Assembly (NCBI GenBank): GCA_034670305.1
Contig: JAXMNT010000066.1
Span: forward strand, 1 to 37,739
Length of the DNA stretch: 37,739 nt
Reading direction: 5' to 3'
From: Deltaproteobacteria bacterium
GTDB lineage: Bacteria > Myxococcota_A > Polyangia > Polyangiales > Houyiibacteriaceae
Part shown: positions 35,726 to 37,739 of the stretch, piece by piece
How the letters are laid out: the number at the start of each line of letters is the position of its first letter
Numbering within the stretch: position 1 is the stretch's first letter
Notes under the pieces: model-generated
Database searches by the model: none
Told to the model about the DNA's origin: nothing
The model's input: the letters and a program-made list of their open reading frames with translations, nothing else
Program-made: the position numbers and the translations under genes

Positions 35726-37392
35726 GCGCACCCAAAGTCCTGGTGGTCGACGACGGAGACCGGTACGTCGAGCTCTTCCACGCGCTGCTGCGCGACTACC
35801 AGTACGCCACTCGATGCGAGCTGCCTGGGCCGTGCTGGACTTGCCCGCACCGCGCGCCGAAAGACGAACCGCGCTGTCAGCTGACCCACGCGCACGATTG
35901 GGCGGAGACCGAACAGGCGCTGGCGCGGCACGCGGATCTCGATGTGGTGTTGCTCGATGTGGCGTTCGACCTTCCCGCGACCCGGCTGCTTCCCTACGGC
36001 GACGACGCCGAGACTCGAAAACGAAAACAGGGGCTCGCGATCCTCCAGCGGCTTCGCGTCCGGCGCCCGGACCTGCCGGTGATCCTGATGACCTCGGCGA
36101 CGCAGCTCGGCGTGGATGGCTCCCCGCTCGAGGCCGACGAGTGGGTGACGCTCGCTGGCGAAGACGCGTTCGACGCCCGCGCACTCGGTCTGCTCGTCGA
36201 ACGCATCCTTGCGCGGGACCGGCAGGTCAGCCTTCGACCCGGGCTTGGCCGCGGGACGGACTATCTCTGGGGCACGACGACCGCGATGGCGCGGGTGCGC
36301 CGCAACGCCCGCGTGCTCGCGCGCACGTCCTTGCCGGTGCTCATCGAAGGCGAGACCGGCACCGGCAAGTCCGCGCTGGCCGAGCGGGTGCTTCACGGCG
36401 AGTCGGGCCGGAGCGGCGCGTTCGTCTCGGTCGACTTGAGCGCGATCCCAGAGACGCTCGTCGCCGCCGAGCTCTTCGGTTCGACGCGCGGCGCGTTCAG
36501 CGGCGCGACCGATCGGGTGGGTCGGTTCGAAGAGGCCAAAGGCGGCACGCTCTTTCTCGACGAGATCGGCAACCTGCCGCTCGACATCCAGCGGCTCCTC
36601 TTGCTCGCGCTGCAGGAAGGACGGGTGACGCGTCTCGGGGAGAACACCTCGCGCACCTTGGACGTGCGTCTGGTGGCGGCGACCCACGTCGACCTCGCCA
36701 GCGCAGTGCGCGAGGGGCGGTTTCGGGCGGACCTGCGGGCGCGCCTCAACCCGGCCAGCACGATCCGGCTGCCGCCGTTGCGTGAGCGGGTGGAGGACAT
36801 CGAAGCGTTGGTCGCGTCGTTCGTCGAACGGCACTTCGCCTCCGGCTCCGAGCGCGGCCTGCTCGCGGAGTACGCGAAGAAGGCGGGGCTGGAAACCGAG
36901 CCCACCGCGCACCTGCTCGAGGACACCGAACCGCCGGCCCGCGGCGTGTGGTTCTCGTGGGCGCCCGCACTGTGGGAGCGGCTTCGTGCGCACGCTTGGC
37001 CCGGCAACGTGCGCGAGTTGCAGCTCTTGGTGGCGACCGCGTGTTCGCTCTCGCTCGCCGATGCGCTCGAGGGTGCCGAAGCGGGCAGGGCGGGGCCGCT
37101 CGCGCGCGTGGTGCCGATTCCGGCGCGGCTGGTCGGGGAGCTGCTCGCCAGCAGTTGGCTCGGCCCGGAGGCCGACGTGCCGACCGCGACCACCGACGTC
37201 ACCCCGCGCGATCAGCTGCGGGACGTGTCACGCGAACTCGAACGCGCGCTCTTCATGCGGCTGTTCCGCGAGACCCGCGGCGACTTCGAACGCATGGCGG
37301 CGCGGCTTCTGACCGGCGATCCCACCGAGAACGCGCGCCGCGTCCGGATGCGCTTCAACCAGCTCGGACTTCGGATCCGCGAGCTGCGCTAG
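35722..37392 (+). CDS. Sigma54-dependent enhancer-binding protein with Cys/His-inserted receiver domain
   Basis: KVLVVDD...DVVLLD receiver, GETGTGKS, ELFG..RGAFSGA, GGTLFLDEIG, FRADL..RL, WPGNVREL; Fis-like but atypical C-terminus. Confidence 0.92.
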   Translation: MSAPKVLVVDDGDRYVELFHALLRDYQYATRCELPGPCWTCPHRAPKDEPRCQLTHAHDWAETEQALARHADLDVVLLDVAFDLPATRLLPYGDDAETRKRKQGLAILQRLRVRRPDLPVILMTSATQLGVDGSPLEADEWVTLAGEDAFDARALGLLVERILARDRQVSLRPGLGRGTDYLWGTTTAMARVRRNARVLARTSLPVLIEGETGTGKSALAERVLHGESGRSGAFVSVDLSAIPETLVAAELFGSTRGAFSGATDRVGRFEEAKGGTLFLDEIGNLPLDIQRLLLLALQEGRVTRLGENTSRTLDVRLVAATHVDLASAVREGRFRADLRARLNPASTIRLPPLRERVEDIEALVASFVERHFASGSERGLLAEYAKKAGLETEPTAHLLEDTEPPARGVWFSWAPALWERLRAHAWPGNVRELQLLVATACSLSLADALEGAEAGRAGPLARVVPIPARLVGELLASSWLGPEADVPTATTDVTPRDQLRDVSRELERALFMRLFRETRGDFERMAARLLTGDPTENARRVRMRFNQLGLRIRELR

Positions 37393-37495
37393 CAGGTCGC
37401 TGAAAAGCGACCTGCTCCCTTGCCGTTGCCCTTGCCCGTGCCCTTGCCCGCGTCGTGGACGCCGTGTGTTTCGCGACGGCGAGGCCGCGAATCGG
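37389..37495 (-). mobile_element. IS5-like right end/MITE terminus at CTAG
   Basis: Inverted copy of 399-504. Hairpin AGCAGGTCGCT-GAAA-AGCGACCTGCT. CTAG coincides with the activator stop codon. Lies directly downstream of the transposase-like remnant. Confidence 0.75.
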
Positions 37496-37501
37496 TCGGT
37501 G

Positions 37502-37720
37502 CTACGCGGCGCAGCTCCGCAGCCGCGCGACGCGTAGGAGGTTGTATGCGGCGCCGGCCATCACAGCTCGTTCGCGCTGTCGATCCCGAAACCGGGTACC
37601 CCTCAGCCCGATGCGCGCATGGCTTTCGACCACCACAAGCTCCAGGTCCATCGACGAGCGCTCGAGGCCCTCGACGCCTGCGACCTCATCGCCGAGCAGC
37701 TCCCGCGAGGCCGTGCTCAC
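37502..37720 (-). pseudogene. Degenerate C-terminal fragment of an IS5-family-like DDE transposase
   Basis: GLRGTRFR...MAGAAYNLLRVARL matches the recalled transposase C-terminus (GLRKTRFRG...AAYNLLR). The expected upstream RIEExFGW motif is not visible. Confidence 0.6.
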
Positions 37721-37739
37721 CTCCGAGACCAGATCGATC

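Noticed and set aside
504-37389. Whole interior as a composite transposon or genomic island
   Set aside because: The cargo is ordinary chromosomal genes (ilvD, tesB, lnt, tal) with uniform composition, and there is no intact transposase or integrase.

Overview
A very GC-rich, gene-dense 37.7-kb window that looks myxobacterial (Polyangiales/Sandaracinaceae-like). That assignment is inferred from the Cys-rich lipoproteins, Hanks kinase, PEGA protein and sigma54 activator. About 30 CDSs are supportable. Housekeeping genes include an NAD(H) kinase, a Nudix hydrolase, transaldolase, a DagK-family kinase, lnt, tesB and ilvD; these are mixed with many lipoproteins and membrane proteins. No rRNA, tRNA or CRISPR array was seen. 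Most notable: (1) a membrane Ser/Thr kinase translationally coupled to a secreted protein that looks like a paralog of the kinase's own Cys-containing ectodomain; (2) a three-gene cassette with no kinase (atypical receiver, stand-alone H-box protein, sigma54 activator with a Cys4/His2 insertion in its receiver), next to a gene with a sigma54-type promoter; (3) intergenic (GCCGAN)n arrays with a conserved 32-nt tail; (4) IS5-like ends in inverted orientation at both window ends, each at a CTAG overlapping a stop codon, plus a nested long inverted repeat; (5) recurring leaderless-type -10 boxes. All family calls come from motif recognition by eye; no searches were run.
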